Positions 1-14,170 of a stretch of DNA of 64,000 bases are shown here, one piece after another. Position 1 is the stretch's first letter; each line of letters opens with the position of its first letter. This stretch comes from Octopus vulgaris. Lineage: Eukaryota. A program made the position numbers and the translations under genes. The notes under the pieces are model-generated. The model did not search any database and was not told the origin of the DNA. It worked only from the letters and a program-made list of their open reading frames with translations. The stretch lies in the NCBI GenBank assembly GCA_951406725.2, contig OX597829.1, forward strand, positions 1,550,001-1,614,000, given 5' to 3'.

Positions 1-384
1 GATTACACTTGAGTGAGGAGAATAGAGAAGGACTTTGTATGCACGTTTGGTGGGGCGTGTGTAGATACAGGGAAGAGAGCGTGGGGGTGTGTCTGCCTGT
101 CTCTGTGTCTGTGTGTCTCTACGTCTACGACAGCTGCACAATGCTTTAAAATCGGAGTACAAAATAATGTTATTTCCAGTTTCAAAACCCCTGAATACAA
201 ACATTCGATATCTAACTGTATCCAAAAACAGAGATCGATTGCCAGTTGACAATGATTAATTGGCACTTAAATGACAGCTGTCTCGAATAAGTTAATCCCA
301 GACACAAACACTATAGATTTTTACGTTGGTTCCAGCCATTATTTCACCCACATCACCTCTACCACACAGACACCCACCCACGCA

Positions 385-497
385 TCTCTTCCCTGCCTCT
401 CTCCCTCCATCCATCCTTCCATCCATGTATCCATCCGTCCATCCATCCATCCATCCATCCATCCATCCATCCATTCATCCATCATTCCATCCATCCA
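385..497. repeat. (CCAT)n microsatellite
   Basis: Direct ccatccatccat run; explains the MDGW/PSIH ORFs. Confidence 0.95.
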
Positions 498-654
498 ACA
501 AAATAAGTATCTAAATTTAAGAAATAGGTGAAAAAATGATGATGATGATGATGATGATGACGACGACGATGACGACGACGACGACAACGATGACGACGAT
601 GACGATTTGTTTTATTTGCCACAAGGGCCTTCAGCTTATGTGGAACATAATATA

Positions 655-1042
655 TCTTTATATATAAAAGTGAAGTTGTGTGAGTGTCTGTCCCCTTCGA
701 TTTAGATTCCTAACTACTCCCACATTTTGCGGTGCAGTTTAACCAAAAGCAGGTATCTTATAGTCGTGATTCATATCGAGCCCTTCTGGGTATTAGCGCG
801 CGTCTACGATGAGTCTACGATTAAAAAAAAAAATTTTCCCATTTTTAATGCATTTTTTTGCTATTATATAAGGGAAGTAACTCTCTAAAAATGTATTATT
901 AAATCTCAAAACGTAAAAAGCTACAGTAACACCCCCCTTTGTGGTTAGCCATATTGAGATGGCTATTATACTTTACATCTCTAAAAATGCTTATATAGTT
1001 ATTTCCCTTACAAACCCGAGCAACGCCGGGCGATACTGCTAG
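655..1042 (+). mobile_element. Non-autonomous Helitron
   Basis: Starts A|TC (tctttatatataaaag), ends with subterminal hairpin cccgagcaacgccggg then CTAG|T, no TSD; near-identical copy at 17066-17463. Confidence 0.8.
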
Positions 1043-1278
1043 TTAATAATAGAACTCTTCTGAGTCATTCTGATCTGCTGTATTTCGGTGTGAATGCAAA
1101 TATGGTGGCTGAAACAGAGAGAAAGAATTTGAGTTTTGAAGACCTACAATAAAATCATAAAAGGATTATTATAACCACTGTTCTTGTTTGTTGCTACTGT
1201 TCTTATTATTATCATTATATGTTTGACATTATTATTATTATTGTTGTTGTTGTTGTTGTTATAATTATAATTATTATC

Positions 1279-1315
<37 letters not shown>

Positions 1316-1316
1316 A

Positions 1317-1547
1317 GGCGGCGGGCCGGCAGAAACGTTGGCACGCCGGGCGAAATGCGTAGCAATATTTCGCCTGCTGTTACGTTCTGAGTTCAAATTC
1401 CGCCGAGGTCGACTTTGCCTCTCATCCTTTTGGGGTCGATAAATAAAGTACCAATTACGCACTGGGGTCGCTATAATCGACTTAATCCGTTTGTCTGTCC
1501 TTGTTTGTCCCCTCTATGTATAGGCCCTTGTGGGCAATAAAGAAATA
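1317..1547 (+). mobile_element. tRNA-derived SINE family A (Meta/Sauria-like core)
   Basis: A-box-like ggcagaaacg, B-box gagttcaaattcc, core gcct.tcatccttt.ggggtcgat..ataagtacc, tail aaagaaata; more than 10 copies in the window. Confidence 0.85.
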
Positions 1548-1549
1548 AA

Positions 1550-1581
1550 CTATTATTATTACTATTATTATTATTGGTAGC

Positions 1582-1677
<96 letters not shown>

Positions 1678-1687
1678 TGTAGTAGTT

Positions 1688-1743
<56 letters not shown>

Positions 1744-1810
1744 GGTGGTGGTGGTGTTGATAGTAGTAGTAGTAGATTAGTAGTAGTAGTAGTAGTAGTA
1801 GTAGTGTTTC
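1550..1810. repeat. (TAT)n/(TAG)n/(TGG)n compound microsatellite
   Basis: Direct trinucleotide runs. Confidence 0.95.
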
Positions 1811-2381
1811 CGGTAGTTAAGATATATATTGACATTGACATTGGTTGTTGTTATTGCTGTTGTTGTTGTTGTTGTAGTCGACGTCATCGTTGACATTGAT
1901 GCAAGGGCAAATGTATTTAGTTGTAGTTATAGAGATAGTGATGGTTTGTGGCGGTGGTGGTGGCGGAGGCGGCGGAGGTGAGAGGGGGTGGTGGAGGTAG
2001 TTGGGCTGTGGTGGTGGTGGTGGTGGTGGTGGTGGTTATAGTATTCGCGGTAGTAATAGTTCTTGGAGAGAGAGAGACAGAGAGAGAGAGAGACAGAGAG
2101 AGAGAGAGAGCAGCATGAAGAAAACTTAAAAAGTGGATGTGAGGGAGATAAAGAAGAGGAGAAAAAGGAGGAAAATCAGTTGAGAAAAAGGCGAGAGGAG
2201 GAGGAGGAAGTGGTGGTGGTGGAGGAGGAGCATGAGGGGGGAAAAGGAAACTAACATGTATAAACAGCAGCAGCAGCAGCAGCAGCGATATATTATGCAG
2301 ATTGGTATCTATGGTTTGGAAATTATTCAAATTATCTGTATATACATATATATACCTACATACGTACATGTATGTGCATAA

Positions 2382-2433
<52 letters not shown>

Positions 2434-3015
2434 GAATGTGTGTATGTATTTATAGATGCATGCATGTGTATATATATATATATGTGTGGGGGGTGTATGC
2501 GTGTGTGCGTGTGTATATATATACATGCATACATACATATATATATATGATAATAATAATTATTATTTGAGGGAATATTAATCCAAACTTACAGGGAAAA
2601 ATTCAGTTTAGAAATACTAAATCAAATTTCACACGATATAATATATATGTATAAAAATTAGAATAAAACCACCTTTTATCAATACTAAATGAACAACTAA
2701 ATTACACCATCCAGAAAATTACATATAATAGAAATATTAACATTAAAATAACAATAACATGTCAAAGATTAAGTAAATTGCAAAAAAATAATAAAAACGT
2801 ATGTAATTGGTAGAATAACAATATATATATAGGGTATGAGAGGTATTGGTGTGAAGAAGACCCAAAGGTGACAGGTAACGCTGAGTAAGTGCTATGAACA
2901 GTCGATGGTTAAGCTCCAGGTTCAGTAATGATACGAATGATGAGTCTAACGTGGGTCGTGTATTAGCATGCATATATATAATAATTACAAGAATGAGATA
3001 AAAAAAATAATATAT

Positions 3016-3240
3016 CCTAGGGTGTGAATAGTTTTCAGAACATTTATAAAGAGAAAGTCTTACAGCTGATTCCGGGATATTTTATAAATCAGAGACGGTG
3101 TGAGAAAATATTTAAGTAGTAATTTCCTTCCCTTCATTTTCTCGCACCGTCTCTGATGAAGGAATATATAAAATGTTCCGGAAACAGATGTAAGACCTTC
3201 TCTTTATAAATGTTCTGAAAGCTATTGACAGCCTTGGATT
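3016..3240. mobile_element. Inverted-pair mini element (Penelope-like 3' end) carrying a hammerhead
   Basis: 3016-3109 is the reverse complement of about 3137-3238; the right arm holds an intact hammerhead; flanked by (TA)/(CA) repeats. Confidence 0.7.
3149..3196 (+). ncRNA. Type I minimal hammerhead ribozyme
   Basis: gtct-CTGATGA-a[ggaatat..atgttcc]g-GAAAC-agat-GTA-agac; stem I gtct/agac. Confidence 0.8.
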
Positions 3241-3257
3241 TCTTTATCCCATGTTAA

Positions 3258-3346
<89 letters not shown>

Positions 3347-3384
3347 TATATATATATATATATATATAATTATTTGGTAGCCAT

Positions 3385-3445
3385 GATAAAACTCCGAGTT
3401 TCGGATGTCGGGCCGGAAACCCACGCCGCTATCTCTTCAGTTATC
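3385..3445 (-). ncRNA. Type I hammerhead ribozyme (inverted partner of 3591-3651)
   Basis: Minus strand: gataa-CTGAAGA-gat...atc-c-GAAAC-tcgga-GTT-ttatc. Confidence 0.7.
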
Positions 3446-3590
3446 GGGCCATCGAAAAAAATGCTATGAAAATGACCGTTAAGAACTATTACAATGACCG
3501 CTAAGTAAGGAGAGTGACTAAAGGCAACGGAGTAAAAAAGTTCATAGTATTCGCATATCCATACATACACATGTGCGGCCGCACACCCAC

Positions 3591-3651
3591 GATAACTGAA
3601 GAGATAGCGGCGTGGGTTTCTACCCCGACATCCGAAACTCGGAGTTTTATC
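3591..3651 (+). ncRNA. Type I hammerhead ribozyme
   Basis: gataa-CTGAAGA-gatagcggcgtgggtttctaccccgacatcc-GAAAC-tcgga-GTT-ttatc; stem I gataa/ttatc, stem III aactc/gagtt. Confidence 0.72.
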
Positions 3652-3738
3652 TTGGCTACCGAATAATTGTTACATATTACATTTACAGATAAATTCCTCG
3701 ATTTACATATCGAGGTCCCTTTCATTCTTTTGTTGTGT

Positions 3739-3782
<44 letters not shown>

Positions 3783-3783
<1 letters not shown>

Positions 3784-3992
3784 TAATCGAAACCTGAAAA
3801 CACCAAGAGAAAACACAACAACGCGAGGACGTGGAACAAATATAGTATTATTGGACGCTCAGGAAGGAAGGGAAGAAGGAGGGTTTTTCGTTTCGAGCGG
3901 AGCTTTTCGTCAGAAACATAGGAAAAGGAAAGATCCAGAGAAGAGAAGACGGAGGGAAAAAAATCGCCAACGGTACACACGCAGTCACATTT
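3783..3992 (-). mobile_element. Short (TA)n-flanked element with decayed hammerhead (3883-3917)
   Basis: Minus strand gttt-CTGACGA-aaagctccgctc-GAAAC-gaa-aaac (cleavage triplet mutated); related copy at 49935-50095. Confidence 0.6.
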
Positions 3993-4125
3993 TGAATATA
4001 TATATATAGATTCAGATGAATATGGTACTTAAGTTGAGGCACCAGAATCTAGTACGGTATTATCCATACAATTTCAAATAAGGTGATTAAAATCAAAATA
4101 TGCAACAAGGATATCCAGAGGTAAT

Positions 4126-4209
4126 GCAGTACGATAGTTTCAAGCAACTCCATTTAATTGAATAATGCAATCATTACATCAATTTAAGAGCAGAACAATC
4201 TTCAGCTGC
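4126..4209 (-). ncRNA. Type I hammerhead ribozyme with long stem II
   Basis: Minus strand gcag-CTGAAGA-[long imperfect hairpin]-GAAAC-tatc-GTA-ctgc. Confidence 0.72.
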
Positions 4210-4397
4210 CCAAAGACATAGAATTAAATTAAATTAGAACAGGTGGACACAGTATAGTTTTAACTAAAATCCCCTACTTGTTTCATTTCACTTTCATTTT
4301 GCTTGTAACAATATTCGATTATATAACTGCATGTTATATATAAACAAACAATACACTTCTATTGTTGTGGTGCACCTGAGCACTGTATACAATACTT

Positions 4398-4505
<108 letters not shown>

Positions 4506-4649
4506 GTTTAGTATCAAAAGGATGACGAAAATGTGAACGAGATGGCGTCAATTTTCAATTCACATAAACGTAGATAGGATAACAGTATTTACGATGATTT
4601 TGCGTTTAGTAACGAATTAAATGTATATACATACTATTGTAATTCAGGA

Positions 4650-5041
4650 TGGTCAGTTTTTTCTCCAAATAAACACACACACACACACATTATATAATCG
4701 TTCTTCACTCGTATATTACTGTTCTTAATCTACTCATGTCCATTATCAGGAAATCTTTCGTTACACATCTGTGACCTCTTCAGTGATATATATGAAATAA
4801 GTGGAGCAAGGGAACACACGAAGTCAGAAATTGTCACAGAGGAGGTCACAGATGTCTAACGAAAGATTTCTGGACAATGAACTTGAGTTAGAATAAGAAC
4901 AGTAATAAACGAATAAAGAACGAATATGTAGTGCGTGTGTTTATTTGGCAAGAAAAAAATGACCTTCCCGAAATATAACAATGTCTGTTTCAACACATGA
5001 CTTCACATCGGGAATCTTGCAACCCAAATTGATAAACGTAA
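4650..5041. mobile_element. Inverted-pair mini element with two decayed hammerheads
   Basis: Arms about 4650-4787 and 4833-4965 are diverged reverse complements; each has C(T/A)GANGA-ggtcacagatgt..aac-GAAA; tail matches 51784-51848 (minus). Confidence 0.6.
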
Positions 5042-5048
5042 GTGCAGC

Positions 5049-5513
<465 letters not shown>

Positions 5514-6180
5514 TTAAAATTCATTGCCAGTATTTAGGCAGTACGTTTTCGTTGCATTATAAGCGTACATTGTTTTAGGATGATTGAATTTCATCTCAGC
5601 TCTGTTTTATATTTTCCCTCGTTGAAGTTCAAGCTTCCTTCATTTTACATGTCTTGCCAGCATTCTTCCTACATCGATACCATATATGATATGTACTTAT
5701 GCTATACACTATAAGAATATATTATACAACGATGCCAAATCAATGTGAAGCATACTATTTTAAAGATAGCGTGTTCACACTAGTCAGTATGTATCTATCT
5801 ATCTATCTATATATCTATATATATATATATAATACATAAATATAAGAGAGTTACCAGTCAACTCCTTGAATATTACCGGTACAATTTTATATCAATTTTG
5901 CAGGGACAAAAGCTAAATTCCATTTCAGTCCAAACTGAGAAATAAATATAACAAAGTATTTTTCTCCACAGATTCTGCCACTCACCATCGTGCTGATGAC
6001 GATAATAATAACAAGAATAAGGAGCTATTTTTAGCACTAGAGTTAACCACTTAACGGTAACTCTCTTATATTTATGTATAAATTTGTATTGTCTCCCTGT
6101 TTTTTTTATGTGCTAAGCCACTTGGTGTTAAACTGATGGTATTATTAAATTAATATCTAATTTTTCACCCTTATTTATGA

Positions 6181-6249
<69 letters not shown>

Positions 6250-6437
6250 TATATAAATTCCATAATTATGAGTATAATTAAGGTTCAGCAAATATTTGCT
6301 TCACCACATACCGAAATTTAGAAATAGCAGTTAAAACTAACTACTTCACTACCATAAGAAAATCTCCCAAATAGCAATACTCAACAACCCACGCAAGTAA
6401 AGAGAAAAAAATAACGAATCCACGCGGCTTTGATTAA

Positions 6438-6519
6438 CTGTATAGGCGTTTCGGAGTTGGAGAAATGTAAAAAATGTAAAATTACATTTCCATTTTATCA
6501 TTCTCACTCTTCAGTACAG
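6438..6519 (-). ncRNA. Hammerhead ribozyme, long stem II, stem III mismatch
   Basis: Minus strand ctgta-CTGAAGA-...-c-GAAAC-gc-CTA-tacag; stem I ctgta/tacag. Confidence 0.6.
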
Positions 6520-6897
6520 TAATTCAAGATTTTAAATTTGAGAGCACTGCAAAAATTAAACATACCTTATCTGACCAGGCATCATCAGACACCATACATC
6601 TAATATGACCATTACTTCCGAATTCAAACTGACGAATAAGATCTCGTATTCCTTCTCACTCACCCACGTGTGCTAATGAGGAAAATTCAACAGAAAAAAC
6701 TGTAGTTTACTATCAGGAAGAGAATTATATTGTCAATAATAATAAAGGGTAAAATTAATTAATTAATTAATTTATTTTACCAAGTAGTTCGGTGTGTTAA
6801 AAGAACCATAGCAATACACCACGACCTCAAAAAGCCTTTGAACTTTACGCAAAACCGTTATTATTATCATTACTTTTTTTATTCTTTCTAAACTTTC

Positions 6898-7088
6898 CTG
6901 TAGCCACTGCACACATTTTTTTTCTCTCCTTGTTTCTCTCCTTGTTTTTTTTCTGTGTCCCTTTCTGTAGAAGAGCGTAGGCTCGAAACATAAAAGACTT
7001 TTTTCTATTCCTGAACGTTATACTAATATATCTGTTTGTTTTGTACACCACCTGTCTTCGTCTTTGTCTTTTTCGTAAACTTTCCCTA
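6898..7088 (+). mobile_element. Short element with variant hammerhead (CTGTAGA core, 6961-6996)
   Basis: cttt-CTGTAGA-a[gagc gtag gctc]-GAAAC-ATA-aaag; homologous copies at 9200-9360, 54530-54727 and a 3' piece at 59974-60037. Confidence 0.65.
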
Positions 7089-7180
7089 CATACATACATA
7101 CATACATACATACATACATACATACATACATACATACATACATACATACATACCTATATATATATATATATATATATATA

Positions 7181-7438
<258 letters not shown>

Positions 7439-8254
7439 TGTATGTATGTATGTATGTATGTATATACATATATATATGCAAGAAAGAAAGAAGGCAATTT
7501 ATATACAAAATAAAATCTAAACCTGAGAAGTATCTATTTGAGTTAATGTGCTTTGATTTAGTCTCTTAAACACTCATTTTGGTCTTATTTTCAATTTTCG
7601 TCACTTTAATACAATAAAATTTTTTAAATATATATAACAAAAATAACTGTATAAATAAAAAAAATACGTACCAATCTCTGACAACTTTTTGCACTCACAA
7701 CGAAATACCAGCGTCTGTGGCTTTTTTTTTTTCGTAAACTTTCGTAATGGAGTGCACAAAAAATTCCTAAATAAATTCATAAAATATGCTGTGTAAATTA
7801 CAATAATTAAAAAAAATCTAAAAATTTAATTAAATCAATTTTAAAGTAACTTTAAATGATTTGATTTTTACGAAGTAATTTAAACATTTACATAATTTCC
7901 CTAATAGAAATCCGAACACCTTAATTTCAGGATAATTATCAAATTATTCGGCGAGGTAATTAACACAATAGCATAGTAGTAGTGGTGGTGATTGTGGTGG
8001 TTGTGGTGGTGGTGGTGGTGATAGTGGTGAGAATGGTGGTAGATGTGGCTGAATGATGCTAATGATGGTGGTTAGGTGATGTGCGAAGGTATTTCCGGCA
8101 GTGGGGCGTGGTCGTGGAGACTATGGTGGATGAAGTGGTAAGCTTGTGGTGATTAAAATAGTAGTTGGGGTGAGAGGGTGTGACAGTGCTGTGCTATTTG
8201 TGATGGTGGTGGTGGTGGTGTTGAAGATGTTTGTGTTTGCTGATTTCTATTGTA

Positions 8255-8762
8255 GCGGCGGCGTCGAGGGCGACATGGCGGCAAGGGTGAAAGCCACAGT
8301 AGCAGCGTCAGCGGCAGCGGCTGCCATAGCAGCAAAAGCGACGGCAGTGGAGGCATCAGCAGCGGCAGCGACAGCGACGGCAGAGTTGGCAGAGGCGGTG
8401 GAGGCAACCTCGGCAGCGCGGCGGCGGCATCGCAGAGGCGACAGCGCAGACGCGGCAGCGCAGACGCGGCAGCGTAGATGCGGCGACAGCGCAGCGGCGA
8501 CAGCGCAGCGGCGACAGCGCAGCGGCGACAGCGCAGAGGCGGCAGCGCAGCAGCGACAGCGCAGAGGCGGCAGCGCAGAGGCGGCAGCATAGAGGCGGCA
8601 GCGTAGAGGCGACAGCGCAGATGCGACAACGCAGCGGCGGCAGCGCAGAGGCGACAGCGCAGAGGCGGCATCGCAGCGGCGACAGCGCAGAGGAAACAGC
8701 GCAGGACAGCGCAGAGGTGGCAGCGCAGCGGCGGTAGCGCCAGCGGCAGCGGCAGCGGCGGA
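8255..8762. repeat. GC-rich minisatellite, about 15-bp unit (GCGGCGACAGCGCAG-like)
   Basis: Repeated gcggc(g/a)acagcgcag(a/c) units from about 8425 to 8740. Confidence 0.85.
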
Positions 8763-9028
8763 ATAATATCAATAATATCAGTAACAACAACAACAACAAC
8801 ATCAACAGCAACAACTAAACAACTTCGCTTTCAACTCCGTGTAATGCAATTTTTTTTATTGATCAGTGTCCGATGGATCGGCCATCAACTTATTTCATAG
8901 TGACGGTCGTTCAGCCACTTTCCAGAAGGTCAGAAGGGTAAGTTTATTTTAGCCCTGTCGAGGATGGACCAGAAGTGCGACATGATAGACAACTTCTGAA
9001 TCGTGGACACCGCTCGGTCTTTTGGAGA

Positions 9029-9075
<47 letters not shown>

Positions 9076-9577
9076 TACGTACATGCATACCTTCAAACAT
9101 ACGCAGTCTCACATATGTACATATACACACATACATGCATGGTGACATATATATATACACACATTCATATATTTGCCTTGCTGCATCTCTGAACTTAACA
9201 CGTTTTTCTTTTCTCTATATTTATTTCTTCCTAATCCTTTCTGTCGAAGAGCGTAGGCTCGAAACATAAAAGACTTTTCCATTTTCCCCAGCGTCAAACT
9301 AATACACTTGCTTGTAGCTTCTACGCCTGTCTTCATCTATTGTTTTCTGAAAATTTGAAATATATACATAAGTAAGCATGTATGTCTGCATGCATTAATA
9401 CATGCAGACATACATGCACACGTTCATGTGTACGTACATACAACACACACATACATACATAGACCCATACATAATACACACATACATACATACATACTTA
9501 CATACATAAATACATACATACGTACATGCATGCATGCATATACACATACATATATATACACTCATACATTCATATAT

Positions 9578-9888
9578 AGGGATAGAGAAGAGAAACTGTG
9601 TAAAGTTGTGGAAATTAGCCGCTCAGCAGATGTTAACATAAAGCTGAAGATCAGCGAAAAAGAGAACACCTATGCTGAACTAGTGAGAAATCTGCAGTTA
9701 CTCTATCCAGATTACAAGTTCAGGTTTATACCTGCATTTATTGGGACACTGGGATACGTAACACGCTGCCTAAATACCAATCTGGCTTTTCAAAACCAGA
9801 AGGGAGAAAGCTGATTCGAAGACTACAGATCCAATCCATCACTGGAACTGTAAAAATCTGTAAAACTTTCCAGAAGTTTATCATTTAA
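9578..9888 (+). mobile_element. 3' fragment of an RLE-type non-LTR retrotransposon (endonuclease C-terminus)
   Basis: DREEKLCKVVEIS..DVNIKLKISEKENTYAEL..FRFIPAFIGTLG fits the RLE E/D..K..KY..L..P..IG.LG layout; frameshifted tail; second piece at 44849-44933. Confidence 0.72.
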
Positions 9889-9919
9889 ATATTTATGAGT
9901 ATGCCTAGATATGTAACAA

Positions 9920-11568
9920 TATGCATCAGAATACATATATAAAACATACAAGTCTGCACATACATACATACAGATATAAACATACATACATACATACATC
10001 TATATATATCTATATATATCTATATATATATATATATATATATAAACATCCTACGTACGTACATACAAACATACATACATACATACATACATACATACAT
10101 ACATACATACATACATACATACATACATAATACATACATATACATACATACATACATACATACATACATACATGCATACATATACATACATACACATGCA
10201 TACATACATACATACATATACATACATACATACACATGCATACATACATACATACATACATACATACATACATACATACAAACATACATACATACATGCA
10301 TACATACATACATACATACATACATACATAAGTACATACATACATACATACATAATACATACATACGTACGTACGTACATACATACATACATACATACAT
10401 ACACATGCATACATACATACATACATATACATACATACATACACATGCATACATACATACATACATACATACATACATACATACATACAAACATACATAC
10501 ATACATACATACATACATACATACATACATACATACATACATAAGTACATACATACATACATACATTCATACATACATATACATACATACATACATACAT
10601 ACATACATACATACATACATACATACATACATACATACATACATGCATGCATACATATATACATACATACATACATACACACATACATACATACATAAAA
10701 AATACCGTGTTGTTGATGTTGAAACTCCCATGAAGGAGCCTTGGATTTAGGTTAGAAACCTGTTCTTTCTCAATTGGTAAGAAATCTTGAAATAAACACA
10801 TACACATGCATACCTATCTACATACACATACACACATACATACATACATACATACATACAAACATACATACATACATACATACATACATACACACATACA
10901 TACATACAAACATACATACAAACATACATACATACATAGATGCATGCATACATACATACATAAAAACATATATACAAACATACACACACACATACATACA
11001 TACATATATGTATACATAAATACATACAAACATACATACATACGTACACACACACATACATACATACATACATACATACATACATACATAAATACACACA
11101 TACATACATACATACAAACAAACATACATACATACATACATAAATATATACATACATACATACACGCATGCATACATACATACATACATACATACATACA
11201 TACATACATACATACATAAATGCATACATACATACATAGATGCATACATACATACAAACATGCAAACATACACACACACATACATAAATACATACATACA
11301 TACATACATACATACGTACACACACATACATACATACACACATACATATATACATACATACATACATACATAAATACATACATACATACATACATACATA
11401 CATACATACATACACACATACATACATACATATACATACATACATACATACATACATACACACATACATACATACATACATACAAACATACATACATACA
11501 TACATATATACATACATACATACATACATACATACATACATACATACATACATACATACATACATACA

Positions 11569-11597
<29 letters not shown>
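9920..11597. repeat. Long (TACA)n array with a unique 100-bp insert at 10697-10796
   Basis: Direct; source of the MYVC/HTYI ORFs. Confidence 0.97.
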
Positions 11598-11599
<2 letters not shown>

Positions 11600-12481
11600 G
11601 CAGAAACATAAACATTTCACACACCTTAAGATTGAAAGTAATTTGCTGATAACGTAAAAAATACATTCTTTTTATTCGGCTTTAAGCAGGAAGAGATAAA
11701 GAGAAAACTCAGCAATTACACAAATCTCTTCCTACCTTATTTAATTACGTTAATTATTTTTATTTGTGTAAATATATTTTCGCTGTAGTTTAGATCCTTT
11801 TTATATTCCCAGTTTGTCGAAATAGTTCATTAGCAATTGTCGCTAATATAACTTCACATATATCTTGAATGTTTTTTGTTTGTTGTCCAGACACTGGAAT
11901 TAAGTTGACGGTCCAAGCGGGCGATACACGATTCTTCATTCTTCATTCTTCTGAGTAAGTAAGTCAGGCACGACACGCAGTTAATTGGCAGCAATTGTTA
12001 GAGAGAGGAAGTTGCCGTCTGCACACACACGCAATCGTATTACCAACTAAACTAGACACACACACAAACATAGAGGTGCACTCCGCCATTCAGTGAGAAT
12101 GAGAGAGTAAGGTTCATACAGACACCTACTGACACACACACACACACACACACGGGGAAAGCCACATTGTGACATGTTCATCCGATTCCTATGTCCCTCT
12201 TCTCCAGAAATCTTTCATTGCCGCTCTGAGAATCCTTAACTCTATTTGCATCTTTGTCTTAGAAGCAAACTTGGTATGCGAAAATAAATACTTCAGTTTT
12301 ACTTCTTGTGGTAACCAATAAAACACGCGGCTTTTATTCCGATAATTCCTTTTGGCAGTTCCAATGGACATTTAACAATGAAGATTTGATCTTTCTCCTT
12401 CCCAAAAGACCATTTAATCTTTCCTTAGCAATAAGCTGGAGTCACTGAAAGATGGGATGGGCGTGTGTACGCGTTTATATA

Positions 12482-12483
<2 letters not shown>

Positions 12484-12552
<69 letters not shown>

Positions 12553-12704
12553 TATATATATGTACGTAAATATATATACACACTCACATATATATATGTA
12601 TGTATGTATGTATGTAATGTATGTAGGAATGTATGTATGTATGTAATGTATGTATGTATGTATGTATGTATGTATGTGTGTGTGTATGTATGTATGTATG
12701 TATG

Positions 12705-12735
<31 letters not shown>

Positions 12736-12993
12736 ATGTGTATATATGTATGTATGTATGTATGCATGTATTTATGTATGTATGTATGTATGTATGTATG
12801 CATGTATGTATGTATGTATGTATGTATGTATGTATGTATACATGTATGTATGTATTTATGTATGTATGTATGTATGTATGTATGTATGTGTGTATGTATG
12901 TATGTATGTATGTATGTATGTATGTGTGTGTATGTATGTATGTATGTATGTATGTAGGTAGGTATGTATTATGTATGTATGTATGTATGCATG

Positions 12994-13025
<32 letters not shown>

Positions 13026-13110
13026 CATGTAGGTAGGTATGTATGTATGTATGTATGTATGTATGTATGTATGTATGTATGTATGTATGTATGCATGTGT
13101 GTATGTATGT
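12484..13110. repeat. (TA)n and (TATG)n arrays
   Basis: Direct. Confidence 0.97.
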
Positions 13111-13716
13111 AGCTAAGCCTGCTCTCTTCACAAACGAATCAAGAAACTTTCCTGATCTAACATCAAGAGACAATAACTATTTGCTGTATGGTTTGCCTGT
13201 GTGGTTAAATACATTCGCCACTAAATAGCGTGGTTGTTAGATCGCGCCCACTATTCAGCGCTTTAGATAGGTGTATTCAGTAATTATGTAGAAATCGATA
13301 AAATGAACTGCATCTGTTCTTGGCCAATATCTTTTCATTGATCTTTTAGTGTGTACCATTACCATTTTCGTTGTTCTTGGAAATCTTCTAGCGGAGCCCG
13401 CTTTGTTAACCCAGCTCCCAATTTAACCCTTCTACCATCACCACCTAGTCTTTCACTGTGTTTTGGTGGGGTCCAGCCCAAATCTATCATCGGGTTTATC
13501 ACTACCATTTGTCGTTACTGTTATTTGGTTCTTTGATCGACTCTAGCGCCGTTCCTTCTATTGATCCATCTCAAAGGTTTATCAGCCCTTCCACTGCCTT
13601 GCTTCCTAGATGTCCTCAAGCTGAGTTCAGATTTTTGTAAGCAATGAGAGTGCAAGCGCGTGACTCAGTGGATAGTGTCCTTCACTCATGATTGTAAGAT
13701 GATCGTTTCGATTCCC

Positions 13717-14003
13717 GTGTCGGTCGATATAGACAGCAGGACGGTGGCCACGGAAGTCGGAATCCGCTCAGGTGTGTGTAACAACTTACCTGCCGAATCG
13801 ACCGGCCCCGAAAATGGATGGCGCTGGAGCGAGCGGCCGGGCGACAGGTTGCGCGATCGCCGCCGAGGTGACTTTCCGATGCCCGGTCGAGTAGGGGGGC
13901 GCCGCGGCGCTAGCATGGAAGCCGCGGGCGCGAGCCCGAGTGAAGCTGACCGCGGGTGCAGGTCTCGGTGGTAGTAGCAAATATTCGAACGAGACCTTCG
14001 AAG
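13717..14003 (+). pseudogene. 28S rRNA internal fragment (dispersed rRNA pseudogene)
   Basis: Matches conserved eukaryotic LSU tracts GATATAGACAGCAGGACGGTGGCC..GGAAGTCGGAATCCGCT..GTGTGTAACAAC..CCTGCCGAATC..GAAAATGGATGGCGCTGGAGCG and GGTGGTAGTAGCAAATATTC, with scattered substitutions; GC-rich. Confidence 0.92.
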
Positions 14004-14014
14004 CAATAAGAGTG

Positions 14015-14170
14015 CAAGCGCGTCACTCAGTGGATAGTGTGATTCACTCATGATTGTAAGATGACCGTTTCGATTCCTGGACCGGGAACTTCTTTGTGTT
14101 CTTGAACAAAACACTTCGTTTCACGTTGGTCCAGTTCACTCAACCGGATATGAGTAACTCTGCGACCGCC
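14015..14170 (+). mobile_element. Decayed tRNA-derived SINE; head duplicated at 13639-13715
   Basis: A-box-like ctcagtgg, B-box-like gtttcgattcc, then gtgttcttgaacaaaacac (CORE/V-like). Confidence 0.6.

Noticed and set aside
9921-13112. Long MYVC/HTYI ORFs (also 44929-46000, 5042-5524)
   Set aside because: Translations of (TACA)n/(TATG)n, which have no stops in several frames; not genes.
13717-14003. Functional rDNA unit or R2 target locus
   Set aside because: Only 287 bp, with substitutions in conserved positions and no adjoining rDNA.
13660-14114. GC-rich ORFs on both strands
   Set aside because: They overlap the 28S rRNA fragment.
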